A stretch of 64,000 bases of DNA from Tubiluchus corallicola (Eukaryota; Animalia; Priapulida): the NCBI GenBank assembly GCA_030141605.1, contig JAQGDQ010000023.1, positions 868,001 through 932,000 of the forward strand, in the 5' to 3' direction. Below are positions 1 to 12,359 of the stretch, piece by piece; the first letter of the stretch is position 1; each line of letters starts with the position of its first letter. Made by a program: the position numbers and the translations under genes. Under the pieces are notes generated by a model, which did not search any database, was not told the origin of the DNA, and was given only the letters and a program-made list of their open reading frames with translations.

Positions 1-26
1 AAACAATAGTTTGTATTTCTTTTCAG

Positions 27-294
27 TCGTATGTATTCTGCGCCCTGAGAATTCAAGATGTGGGTTACACGATGATTTGCTACGGTTTGACGGCTGCCGC
101 TACCGTCATAACTATAAGTCATGTAACCAAACATATCAACCGACTTGCCATTATGACGGCAGGATTGATGTTCCACATTTGCCTGTTCTTTGTTCTCTGG
201 TTGTGGAAACCAGCTGCTGACGACCAACCCATCTTCTATGTAGTGGCCAGTGGCTGGGCACTCTGCGACGTTATATGGAATTCACAACTATACA
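27..294 (+). CDS. UNC93-like penultimate coding exon
   Basis: AG at 25-26, GT at 295-296, open hydrophobic frame. Confidence 0.85.
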
Positions 295-3200
295 GTAAGT
301 TCGAACTTTAGTACATCTAATTTAACCCAACTGGACCCTTACTGTAAGTCTCTACTTATAAGTCTGTGCTTCTTAACTCTTAGCCGACCAAAGGGTTTTT
401 ATATTACAATAAACACCAAGCAGGTAAACAATTACCCCGTGAAAGTTTTGCTTAATATGTTTTACTAACTGAATAAACTGACAAAATAGTAACCAAGGTG
501 ATCCTATTAGTACAAAATCAAGTTCTGCTCAAAGTTGGTGTAGATATAGGAGGGCACAAAGGAAAAAAGTTCTACCACCACACTATATTAATTATGCTAT
601 ATTATTTAAGCTTTGTTTTTCAAATCTTGTGAAAATTTTTATAATGCCTAACGATGTTCACTGTTTAATTCTAAGACATCCACTTCGAATTCACTTGCTG
701 GATTTTCTAAAATTTCATCTTCATCAGCTTTAAGCTTAGTTCAACTGAAGTTCCGGCCATATTACTAAACGAAGGTCCACAAGCTTTAATATGAAATTTT
801 CTCAACAGATCGTTAGAAAAATCTCTTTGCAGAACTGTTGGCCGAATCGGAGGTCTGCAACAGTTCTTAATTTTTAAAGTAAACACATAGTGCTGCCAGA
901 AAGAAAAATACTGCAAAGTAAATTCCAAAATTTAATAAAAAAACCAAGGTGTAATACGTTACCCCACATTTGGTAGTATCTGGCACCCGTGTTTATAAAA
1001 AAGCATGAATAATACTTTTCAACAAAACCAAGGTATGGTTGCATAACAAATCGAAAAATACTTAATCACTGCTAGTTAGAAGTTCGTTGTGTGCATCAAT
1101 ATAAAAAATGTGAGCACTTCTGGGATAATTTTTTACCCCACCTTGGTCGGCTAAGGGTTAAATTGAACATAATTGTTATTTCTTAAGCTGTTTCAATCAC
1201 TGAAAAATCTTTTTGACAATTTTCAATGCTGACAATCTGACTTACTGTCTGTATATTTACGAAGTCTGTGTTAAATTCTCGCAGAAATCAAAAACTGTAA
1301 TTTTACACACATAATTTCAGGCTTGCCACATAGTTTTGAGATTTCACATCCATGTTCACATCCATATCGACCAATTTTGCATAGACATCCATGGATAAAT
1401 CCATATCCAACCCAAAAACGTTTATTGCCCATCCTTGCAATCATGTCCTCTGAATACCCACTAAGTACAAAAGGTTTATACTTTCTACTGGCATTAAATA
1501 TAAGAAAGCAAAGGCATAAACGTTTGTAGTTGTTGAAACCAAGCCGTGCTTTTCTCAAATGCGCAAAAGTACCATGGAGGAGGTAAAAGTCATAATAAAA
1601 TTCATTGTCAGTAGAACAAGCTTTCAGAAAACTTTAAACATAAAGTGTAACTTAAACAGTCACTGAGGCGACTTTTCGTCCAGTTCTTCAACTTCATACC
1701 TATTACATTTCGACAGTGTTCAGCTCCTCTGAGTGCTGAACAGAACATAAGCTTCTGCTTCAGCATAGAGATGACTTTGAATTTGGCTTTGCTGACGTAA
1801 GTTATTCAAAATTAGTAATATCACTATAACTTAATGTGAATCACGTACAAATATCCATGGTGGATATCATATCCTCGGCAACCTTGTATATCTTGCCCCC
1901 TCCACTGGAGTGGCAAACGCAAACGATTTATGATCGTTTGCTAGGGCTTTTAGACACTGCCTTAAATTTTATTCATCATCATATCTTTCATCCATCTTTT
2001 ATTTCTTTTCTGCAACACCTACAATCTTCACAAACCTTCTTGACTTTAATAGTCTTCCACTACTTTCACTTATAACATCATTAATTGAAACATCTGAAGT
2101 ATAAATTAAACTGGTTTTATAATATCCCTTACGCAAATACAAATGTTCTGTGGTGTCTTGTTTATCGGACATAATAAATTATTTTTAAAGGAGTTCTTGT
2201 AATACAATTTTACTGTTACCATGTCTAGCCTTCTATCTTTAATGTTTTTTTTACATCTGATGAATTAAATTTTGTCATATATTCTTTCAGGCCCCATTTA
2301 TGTTCTTCTCTGAGAAATCTCACTTTTGAACTTTCGTCCAGTAATTTGTTACATTCACTTAGAATTTGTTTTGTAATTTCTTTTTTATTTCTTTTTTTCC
2401 ATTGAAACTTTTCCACAATTAATACAACCATTGATGGGCCATATTGTATTGTCGGTGAAGTGCCATTTATTTTCTCCCCTCTTCCCAACTGTACGTTGCA
2501 AAGGCTCGCGTACGCTGCATTACGAAGTCATTCTGTGTATAGTAGGTGTATAATCAACCGCAGGTAATGATTCCGCGGTCCCCTAGCACCACCTGCTCCG
2601 TACTAGAGGTGCAGTACAAGTTTGCTGGTCCGTTTTACTCTTTCTATTTTGGCATTTTTCAACGGTTTTTGGATAAGCTGTACAACAGGATGTAGCAGCA
2701 TGAACTTCAACGCAAGACTGCTTGGCCGACGTCAGTTCAATATGTTAAGTCGTTTTAATTTTGAATTGTGTTTTCATGTTGTAATTTACTAATTATATTT
2801 TTCTCTTCTGTATGTTTTGATTGTAACTACAGAGGGCTAAGAACGAAACAGTAACTAAATATATGTTAAATTTTCATGCATGTATACTTTTCACAAGGCA
2901 GCACTTCTTTTGCTTTTAGCCATTCCGTGAAAAGTAAAACAAGCAGCCAGAGAAGTGCAATTTGCAAAACCTGGTTAATCGTTGGCATTTGTATATCTGG
3001 TCAACCCTAACCAGACATTTCTAAAATTTATTATCGCTGATGTCATTTGCAGTTATTTGGAAATTTATTTTCCGCGAATTTGCGAATTAGAACGGGCAAA
3101 TTATGCTTCGTGATATTTTAGGTGCTACTTCAAAACTAAATTTAACTCAAACATGAATATTTGGGAAAATAGTCAACTCTTAGTCAAGTAATTTATCAAA

Positions 3201-4295
3201 GTAATTTGCTTCATTTAAATAGCGAAGGCATTAAATTGTTTATGTTGCACTTGAAACGAATATTAGTGTGACTAGTCAAACACTGCGAAAACGTTTTGAG
3301 CATAATCATGCAGTAAAACGCGAACATTCTACAAAGGGGAAAGACTTATTAGACTGAAAGTAATTTTTCACTTTTGGGAATGATTTAAAGTCATCGACAA
3401 AATAACGAAAAATTCGCTTTACCTACGCGAGATTAACTACGAAGCTAAAAAATAGAGAATAATAATTATGTGGTTTTTCTTGCAAATAATGACTACGTTA
3501 CCTTATACTTTATGATGATGATGATGACAATAACACAAAAAGCATCATTTAAAGTGGATAACACTAACCGTGTACTGATTACATCAAAAATGGTCCACGA
3601 CATACAGATTTTGACGAGTTACAATGAATATGATTGAGACAAGGTTAATATGATAAAGCTTCTTCCCTGACTCTGTTATGCAACGAGTGACTGGCAATGA
3701 ACGGCTCTCTGCACAATAATAATGAAAAGAATAAACAAATAAGCCAACAGGAAGCTACAAAACTACATAGGCAGATCAATACACAGTAAGACAATTAAAA
3801 TGCGGAATGATTAACCGAATTAATCTGTAATTATTAGGGAAATGAAAAAAACACCGCGTAATCAACGGACTGAGAATTTGCGATCTTGTAATGCGACGTA
3901 AAAAATTCAACATTTCTATTCATATTATGGTAAAATAATTACAATATGATAAGCGTATGCGAAGGATTGTTTTATTACGGTTATAAAGTTTACAAAAACT
4001 ATGCAACGTATTTTTAATAACGTGCTTGAATGGAAATTGAATATTCGCGTGCGTTCCGTACGACATCAGTTACTGTAATACATTATTAATGAACAATATA
4101 ATAGCTTTGTGAAACACGTAAACACTGCATAAGCTCGTAATGTAAAAGCGAAATGATTTTGAGATTTTGAGATTGTACTCGCTCTGTATTGCAGTATTGA
4201 TTTACTTCGTGTCAGGAGTATACTAGCTGACTATGTTCACTCACTTTGCATAATAGCACTATAGTAGACGTAACCAAATCTAATGCATTTTTATC

Positions 4296-4374
<79 letters not shown>

Positions 4375-4736
4375 TCTCTCTTTCTCTCCTCTTTCCCTCC
4401 CCTCTCTCTTCTTTCTTCCCTCTCTCACTCTCTCTCGTGGCCTGCTAAAAGCATTTGTTTTTCCAGCTTCGTTTGTTGATGTTTGTCAACATGAAACTTA
4501 TTATTTTTTCAGACATGATAGCTCTTTTAATGGGTGACTGCTATGAACACGCTTATGTTGCTTACTACATGGTTCAAGCAGCAGGACTCTCGGTAGCATT
4601 TGGCTGCAGCCCCTACGTATGCACACAGATCAAGATATGCCTCATTGGTGGTACTCTTGTACTGGGCTTAGGCATCTATAGCATCATTGAACTGAGAATT
4701 CAAAAGTTAAAGAAAGAGTTAATTGCTTCATTTTAA
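27..4736 (+). CDS. UNC93-like (UNC93A-type) MFS membrane protein, 3' part; exons 27-294 and 4513-4736; 5' exons lie before the window
   Basis: tttcag|TCG.. gives SYVFCALRIQDVGYTMICYG..LWLWKP..FYVVASGWALCDVIWNSQLY; phase-1 donor A|gtaagt joins ttcag|AC to give NMIALLMGDCYEHAYVAYYMVQAAGLSVAFGCSPYVCTQIK..stop. Resembles the UNC93A C-terminal helices (SYVTCALGI..GY.MIC.G; W...D.VW.TQ; AF.Y...LC...K). Confidence 0.85.
377..1157. mobile_element. piggyBac-type non-autonomous element (MITE)
   Basis: TTAA at 373-376 and 1158-1161; inverted termini ctcttagccgaccaa / ttggtcggctaaggg (CCCT-type end); no transposase seen. Confidence 0.75.
1318..1886. mobile_element. possible hAT-type MITE with ATCCAT subterminal repeats
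   Basis: caggcttgcc / ggcaaccttg imperfect termini; atccat(g/a) motifs clustered near both ends; no clear TSD. Confidence 0.35.
2100..2490 (-). mobile_element. degraded non-LTR retrotransposon 3' fragment
   Basis: Minus-strand ORF ..SKVRFL..GLKEYM..KTLKI followed by broken frames reading RLDM.. and DTTEHLYL, similar to the C-terminal zinc-knuckle region of LINE ORF2. Confidence 0.4.
4297..4436. repeat. (CT)n microsatellite
   Basis: Long perfect TC run decaying into pyrimidine-rich sequence. Confidence 0.97.
4513..4736 (+). CDS. UNC93-like terminal coding exon
   Basis: ttttttcag acceptor, phase 1, TAA at 4734-4736. Confidence 0.85.
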
Positions 4737-5439
4737 ATGAATCTACTCATGGCACTTAAACATTCCACGTGTTAATTACCCGTGCTTCCGTTCTTTCGTG
4801 AAAAATCTCCATGCTTCCAATTATCATCGCCTTTATACGAGTTTCGTGCTAAGCAGCATCTCTGTAAACGTACATATTTTTGATAAAATTGTACAGGATA
4901 TATGAATTAATTATCATTATTTTATCACAACGAAAGTTTTGATCGCATATTAATGTTGCATTACACGTAAAAGAGTTGTGTTTATTTGTATCTAATGTGT
5001 AACTGCTCAAATATTATAAAGTTTTTATTGTTGGTAAAAATGAATAATCTGCACGGAATGTACGTACGCATAGATTTTACTTAGACTCATTAGCCTAATT
5101 GCTGTTGTTAACGTAATTTGCTTAATTCAGTAACTATAGACTAAGAATACACCTTTCAGATTTAAACGCTTACTATGAAAATAAACCAAATGATCTGATA
5201 CAGATGATATTTAACTTTTCGCAAATTTTCGTAGTTATCCCGGTGTCATCATGTTTCAAAAACAATTTGAACTCGAGCTTATGATCGGGAGACTCGTTGA
5301 ACTCGAGGTCGTGGGTAAGAAATGACTTCAATGCTGCCATCGTCAATTTCAGAAGGCATCCAAAAAAACTCCGAATATGTCAAACGATGCAGAATTCGTT
5401 CTAGAATATTTCTGTAGATTTCCACAACGATCAGTTGCG

Positions 5440-5780
5440 AATTGGAGAAGTTTCATGACTAGTCATTGCGGAATCCTAGGCTTTTTTTGAAAACGATGTT
5501 TTCACCACCAAGTTGAATTAAAAATGGTACATCGAAAAAATTGACTCCTCAATTCATGCGGAATTTTTCTATTATATTCCTGCACTAAAGTTTTTACGAT
5601 GATTCGTTGTGAATTGACGACACTTGGACTTTTTGGAAAATAATGTTTTCGCCATCAATTTGAATTCAAAACGGTGGTTCGAATTTTCAACTCCGTCGAT
5701 ACGGATTTCATTCTAATATATTCAAGGGAAGTTTCCTGACGATCCCTTGCGAATTCAAGGAGCCTTAGCTTTTTTCAACA
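5440..5780. repeat. diverged tandem repeat, period about 140 bp, about 2.5 copies
   Basis: (g/a)aagttt..gattc/cattg.gaat..cttttt..aaa..atgttttc.cca.caa.ttgaatt recurs near 5447, 5587 and 5728. Confidence 0.55.
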
Positions 5781-6043
5781 AGTCATCCCTTATCAAGAAG
5801 AACATCCAGAAAAGCAGCGATTTGGGTCGAACAAGAACGGAACTGTTTGGGTCGCGTTTCGTCGCGCTCTAGGACACCGAAAACGGCTTACTAACACACC
5901 TGCACTTAATTTTATCATCCGTCTGTTACTAATAATTAGTTCGTAAATAAAGTATTACATTAAATAAATCGCTTGCTATTATTCTTGTGCTTGTTGCAGC
6001 TAGACATCCAATTATCATTCACTAATATAACTGAGAAACTTAA

Positions 6044-6677
6044 AGGAAAACAGGAACAGGAAGATTTTTCATATCATACCTCATTTTGAACTACGACAAA
6101 AAGCATATATTTTAACACCTATAATAATCCAAAGCGTTTCTGATAATTGAATAAGAGGTAAAACTTAACTAACAGCGTGCAGGTCCAACTAATGAGGACA
6201 TAACCCTTGAACATAATTTTTAACAGCACAAACATTCCATGAACATGTTATACAAAAAATCCATTTTTGCGTTGTATGTGCGAAAGCGAAATTCGAAGTT
6301 CAGTGCTGCTGTACAACATTCAGTGTGATATACAAAACTCGGCAAATTTTACGATGAAAATTCAAATTTCAAGTTTACCGCTGTGCTCACGAATGGGCTT
6401 TCGCACGTGTGCACTATGTCACAACCGAACACCTCTGAAATGAGAGGTGCCGTACCAGTTTTTTGTGCAACGCGTTTCCCAAATGCAGGCGCTAGTGCCC
6501 GTCTAACCAGCGGATGACAAAACGTGTGTAACAGCGAAGAAGTAGCCACGCGAACGCGAAATTGCGTTTCTGTGCTAATATTTCTTTTATGTAAGCCATT
6601 CTTGAAAAATAGCATGTTGCCTTTTAATATTATATACATTAAATTGTTTTGAGCTACAGATTGAGTCCGGTTTTCCT
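6044..6677. mobile_element. Kolobok-type non-autonomous DNA transposon, copy 1
   Basis: TTAA|aggaaaacagg ... ccggttttcct|TTAA (TTAA flanks, purine-purine termini); related copies near 16.0-16.6 kb and 27.6-28.0 kb. Confidence 0.7.
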
Positions 6678-9600
6678 TTAAGAATTTTATTTTGATGATT
6701 TTGATTACCATCCACTTTTCTGTGTGGATTGCTCTACGTAATAATAGTATAGTGGATACAATACTTATTTCTTCCAGAAGTTATCCACTTGTACACTAGC
6801 TACGGTCGAACTATTCACGTTAAATTTTTATTATAGGTTTTACTAACTTAGCTTATATAAAATTCTTGTAACAAACGTCATTTGCAGATATGCAAAGTCA
6901 TCACAGTTCAGTATATAAAATCGAGCACAATAATCTCACTACGAAATTCTACTGGTTTCCAATGGCTTTTATTATAGTTTTATAACCATCGCATCACCTA
7001 ATGATACTGGCAAGACTTATATTAATAAGGCAATTAATAAAAATACTACAATCTAGAAAAAAACGGCCTTTCACCCTACATTATATTCCAGAGAAAGTTA
7101 AAAAAAGAAGAACAACGAATAATTACTAAATGTTCTTATCGAACGTTCCCTTTGTTAGGTATCTAGATACTTCAAAGGTTATGGACATGAAATTGCATCT
7201 GGCAATTAGAATGTAGAATATATTTTTGCAAGAAAATTTTAGATTAAAATAAATTTTAGGTATGGCATGTCGTCAGTTAGGAAAACCTGGTGCTGTCACA
7301 AAGTACTCTTACAACAACACCTTAATTTATTAGCAAAATGTAGCCCGATTATGTAGTCACAATGCACTATTACAAGGGACTTTCAGACATAATTTGACAG
7401 ATTCAAAACGTGAAATGTCAAGGACGAATTTTAAGTGCTAAAAATATAAATTGGCTTTAGGTGTTATTTAGTAAAACCATGGATTACCGACGTGGGTCTT
7501 ATTTTTTATATGTATGTATCTCACACACTAACGCTGGTTATGTTTTTTTGCTTTTTTAACAATAAACAGTTACGCGATGTGGCTCGAAATCATCAAAACA
7601 CATCATACCTTGCATCAAGTTGCCAAGCTACCGAGGCGTACAATGTCTACTGCATTACGGGTTGAGAACAAATTCTCCCGCTATTATAATAATCGGACAT
7701 CCCATCAGCAACTAGGTTAGATTAATTTATAGTAGATTATTATATTTTCTATAGAGACCATGCATGATGCGACGCTGTAATTGCATCCAGTCAAATGGAA
7801 CCAACAAACAGGACTGGTTTAGGAAAAAATAAAATAGTAGCCAAGCTTTAGTTGATAATGACGTAAAGATATTTGCTTGTTGTATCAACGAAAACAAAGT
7901 ACGTTAACTTGGACACAGGGCACTGTTATAGCTAGATTAAAGGACAAATGAAATTGTGATTCAAGAACCACACAAGTTGAAATTTTACATGTGGTGAAGT
8001 TGAACAATATGAACAACTGCCGGACGGTAACGTTGCTTCGAATCGTTTTGGCCATCCTGGCAACGCTGAGTAAGTTTCTTTTACTACGAAAGATAGGTAA
8101 TAAAACCAAAATGTGCACAATACTTCTAAAAAATTGTGATAATAAGAAAGAAGCTCGAATTGAATAGTTCTAGTAACAAATTTTCAAAACGTTCCACAAA
8201 AATTCAACAAGGATAGCAGTAATTAAATCACCAAAGAGGCCAACTTACACACTAACTACTGATGCGCCAGTACTGAACCTACTACTGAACCTAAATTATC
8301 GCCCAATTGCTGGAACCTTTTCGAAAACTCTATAAATGTAAGAGTACACTTCCGTGTATTGTAAAGTTTATATCTACCTTGACAAAAATAAAAAAGTCAG
8401 CTAAAAGAGAGCAACTCAATGACTTCTTAAATAATCAATTCAGTGGAGGCAAAACATATTATGGTCTTCGGAGCTTTAAATTACGGATCACGGGTGAAAA
8501 AGTGGCAAATTCCACTTCCATCGAAACAATTAATGTCGAAACTAAACAGATAAAAAATGTTCTTCAAAATAATGAACAACAATACTTGGTGTGGCTACAT
8601 GATGTTAATTATCTTGAAAAACGCTTTTCATTTGTTAAGGCAAAGCAAAAGCTGTCGCTTAAAGCATCTCTTATCACAGATGCTAATCAAAAACTTTGAT
8701 TAGTTATTAAATGTTTTTAAACAGACCTTTCCTGGTAAGCATATTATGACAAGCATTATAACACCTGAAAACTTAGTTTGTGACTGCGTAATAATCGCAA
8801 AATCTACTTCTAGAGGTATGGGAACTGCCTTTTCAGAAAGCAGTCAGTTTGTGATAATAATAATAATTGATGATAATAGTATAGTAACTAAATTCGAAGT
8901 TCATGTTCTGATTTACCATACGTTGTATGTACTCTTGCACAACATCAATATTTTTATAAAAATCACAGTGCTGATTAAACACATTATTTATTTAATGTCA
9001 ATTGATTGTCGTATTATCATCAGATTGAGTGAACAACTAGGACTAAATTACAATGGTGGCCTTCTGGTGGTGCAGGTGTTATTGATGATTGAAACTTAAG
9101 TGCGACGATGATAACGACGATTATGCTACTGATAAATCAGTGACTAAAGTACCACGCTTTCAACTGTCGACAGCAGTTCCTCGGGGAACAAAGATTCCAA
9201 TTCCTTAAAGCACTTTGTAAGAAAAGAAAAATATCTTGAGCTAAAAATATTCATTTAAAAAAACGAACCAGCAACCAAGAGTTCTTGGTCAATCTCTCCA
9301 TCGGGTGAGCTGTACGATCAATCAATGCATTCTTCGATTTGAAAGCTGGGATGGGGCAGATGTCATGAACTTATACGGCCATACTGTAAGAAGAGATATC
9401 ACACCAGTTCCAGTTTGCAATTTTTACAGTACTGCACTGGTATTCCTATCTCATGTATACTGAATAGAATTCGCAAGTTACAATGGAAGTTGGAAAAAAT
9501 CAAAATGTGGAACTGAAAAACAAATTAGAGCTTTCCCAGTAATTATTTCAATGCAAAGCAATAATGAACGCAAGCACTCGCGAGCAGTAGGCTTTGATCA

Positions 9601-10043
9601 GGTATTTGGATTTGAAATTAAGAAACAAATGCATTAATATACGCTTTAATTATAATTTTACTGTGAATTTAGAAATGTCAAGCTTTCCTTTTGAACTACA
9701 GACTGTTGCACTGCTTTAGCATATTGCTTTACCGTTTATTCTAAAACATAAAAAACATACACAAGGCAATATGTTTGGCTGCAATACGGCCGCCCGCTTT
9801 TCGAGGTGGCCTTTACCTTATCTGGCTGTATTACCCATTTTCAGGTCCCCTCAGCTACTCAGCTTCAATACATGTAATTATAATTGAGAATTAGTCTTAA
9901 GTTGTTACAGAAATCTGTATTTCCTTGAATGTTTATATGTTAGCTAAATAAATAAATCTTGCATCTTGAATCAAAAGAGAAGCTAGCACTTGTATTTACA
10001 AAATTTCTAACTGATGTATTTTTCCAATGACCAAGACTTACAG

Positions 10044-10171
10044 AATGCTGTTGGATGCCCAAGGCATTTCCCAAAACAGATTCAAAAATGCACAGACAGG
10101 CTTCGAACCCAGCTGAGTCATGTCAAAAGAGGAAATACCGATAATTACAGCTCTCGTGAAACCCTCTGCAG
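10044..10171 (+). CDS. neuritin-like gene internal exon A
   Basis: cttacag|AAT GCT.. NAVGCPRHF..RETLCR, AG|gtaggt. Confidence 0.7.
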
Positions 10172-11887
10172 GTAGGTCTATTCTCAAAAGTTTTGCCAGT
10201 GTGGTGTTTAATATCCAATGTATGTCAGTATCAGGGTGTAATAACGGGGTACTTACTGGACACATCGGCTGTATTGCGGTTTTATAATTTACCTCAACCC
10301 AATATGTCCACTTTTCGATCTTAGTTGCCAAGATTTAGTAATTCCATACTGTGCATGTAGTGAAAATTACAAAAAAATTGTGCTAGAATTTCTGGAAAAA
10401 GAAAAGATTTGCTCTTTTATTTTCACCGAGACTCGCACGAGCACGCTGGCAATGCCATTTGTTTCTATGGCAAGTACAAGACACTTTTTATTTCTTAATG
10501 TTGTAGTTTGGACTAACGGTTAAACAAAAATTATGTTTGTCGATTAACAAATGTCAAACGCGGACTGCATTTACTAGTATTGTGTAATCATAATTTTGTT
10601 GCTGGTTTTAATAACGTATAGGCACTATGATGAAACAGTACAATGTGTAACAAGGTTAACTTCAAGTTGCAACCAAACTGCAATGGATTCTGTCACAGAA
10701 CTTATCTTCACGCGTTTGGAAGTTCTTGCTGAACATATGAGCACCCAATGTAAGATACCCAATCAGCGGCCATTCTCTTTCTCAAACCGCGATCGTTTAC
10801 AGCAACCTAGCCATCAATTGGAGCTGACCACAAAAAACAGTGATATTACATCTGGAGGCCTAGATAAACATTCTTCAGTTTCTTCTGTAGAAAACTTTAC
10901 AACACAAGCTACTGTAATGATGAATACTGAAACAAATGAAGAAATTGTAAATGAACTTGCAGCAACTGCTCTGGGCAGAGCTGAAAACAAAACAATACAA
11001 AAAAATATCTCAATTGCAAGTGAGAACAACGAAATGACAATAACTGCTACTTTAGTAAACTCGGTAGTAGCTAATCCAGGTACACACTATCAAACAGAAA
11101 GACATGACAAGGCAGCATACTGTGACCACTTGTTACAACCATGTCTGCAGATGATGGACAATGCAATAAGAGGTCGTTTTGGAATATGCAAGTAAGTGGT
11201 AAAATTGGCAGATTTAATTTGTAATTACTTATAAGCTTAGGTACTCATTGCAGTACTTAATTTCCAAGTTTTTTTCTCATATTGGCCTAATTTTTCTGAG
11301 ATTTTGGCAAACATTAAAACCATACACTAGAATTGAACCACTACATCACATAGCTCTTGACAGTGCACTAAATAAGTAATATCGTTTGCAAAACAGTTGC
11401 CCACTAAAGATTGGTAAATTTAGAGTGTCACTATGCAAACCAACTTCTAGACTCTAGCAAGCTAACAGTAAAGCTTTCACTATCACTTAACTACTGATAG
11501 ATCACCACCTTTTTCACACATAACTGAAACAAAGCTCAAGGAAATTTATGTATGTACAGATGGTAGTTATCTGTAAAGTAGTCAACTAATGCAAATGTTG
11601 ATTCTTGTGCTTTCAGAGTACAATCACAGATAATCTTGTGCCTTAAAGAAAAATCAAATAAGGAGTGCAAGTATGTTCCAAAATCAAGTCGTTCTGGAAA
11701 AACTACCGACAAATTTGTTGCAAAATACAAGAGGCTTTGCTGTGGTACTCAACAGGAAACAGCTAAAGCAAGCAAGCTCCACTGCCACAAAGCAACAATC
11801 ATGTATATGCTCTTACATGCTGTAAAGTTTAAAATATTTTTTGAGTTCATTTTTAATACATTAAAATTTCAGAAGTTGTTTTGCTGA
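10044..11887 (+). CDS. uncharacterised protein with two six-Cys neuritin/DUF19-like modules, S/T/N-rich linker and hydrophobic C-terminus; exons 10044-10171, 10622-11191, 11617-11887; N-terminal exon unresolved
   Basis: Three exons with canonical AG/GT sites join in frame through two phase-2 introns (322 aa + TGA). Module 1 spacing C-x10-C-x25-C-x8-C-x7-C-x26-C; module 2 C-x6-C-x14-C-x8-C-x8-C-x23-CC. Confidence 0.75.
10622..11191 (+). CDS. neuritin-like gene internal exon B
   Basis: tatag|G CAC..; 570-nt open exon; AA|gtaagt. Confidence 0.8.
11617..11887 (+). CDS. neuritin-like gene terminal exon
   Basis: ctttcag|A GTA CAA..; ends at TGA; AATAAA at 12013 and further downstream. Confidence 0.7.
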
Positions 11888-12264
11888 CAGTATGAAACAA
11901 ATAACAATAATATAGTAATTATATGTTTTTATTATGAAAATCACATTTCTTCTTCAACCAACTATGACAAGCATTGTTTCTCCACAAAGAAAACACAAAT
12001 CATTATTATACTAATAAATTTCAAAAAGGGCAATTTGCTAATAATTAGGAATAACCTTGATTACTTAAATAAATAAAAATTTCAGGCAATTTTTCATTTC
12101 AAAAAGAGACTTTCCTGGATTTCAACATTACATAATGATAATTCTAGGCGAAGTGTATCAGCGATATGGCTAGCTAATCGGTACAACAAATTTCTATGTT
12201 GTATTGAAATAAATCTTATTTACAGTTCTGAAACATAAGCTACAAATAAAAAAATGTTTTTACA

Positions 12265-12359
12265 TCAGGAGGTGGAAGGTGGCGGTTTCGAATGCTGATT
12301 GTCATGCTGTGCCAAAAATCTCTTAAATGACTCGTACTCTTTTCGCTCATCGTCGTCAT
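12265..12359 (-). CDS. GPN1: GPN1 coding exon 10 (terminal)
   Basis: tttttag|AT GAC..: [22 protein letters not shown]. Confidence 0.85.

Noticed and set aside
4246-4537. SLSLSL ORFs
   Set aside because: Translation of the (CT)n microsatellite.
8307-9099. 130-aa and 117-aa ORFs
   Set aside because: No recognisable domain or consistent splice sites; composition like AT-rich non-coding DNA.
9771-9873. Signal-peptide exon for the neuritin-like gene (MFGCNTAARFSRWPLPYLAVLPIF..)
   Set aside because: Joins in frame only through a weaker acceptor at 10036, and the hydrophobic core is poor; left unresolved.
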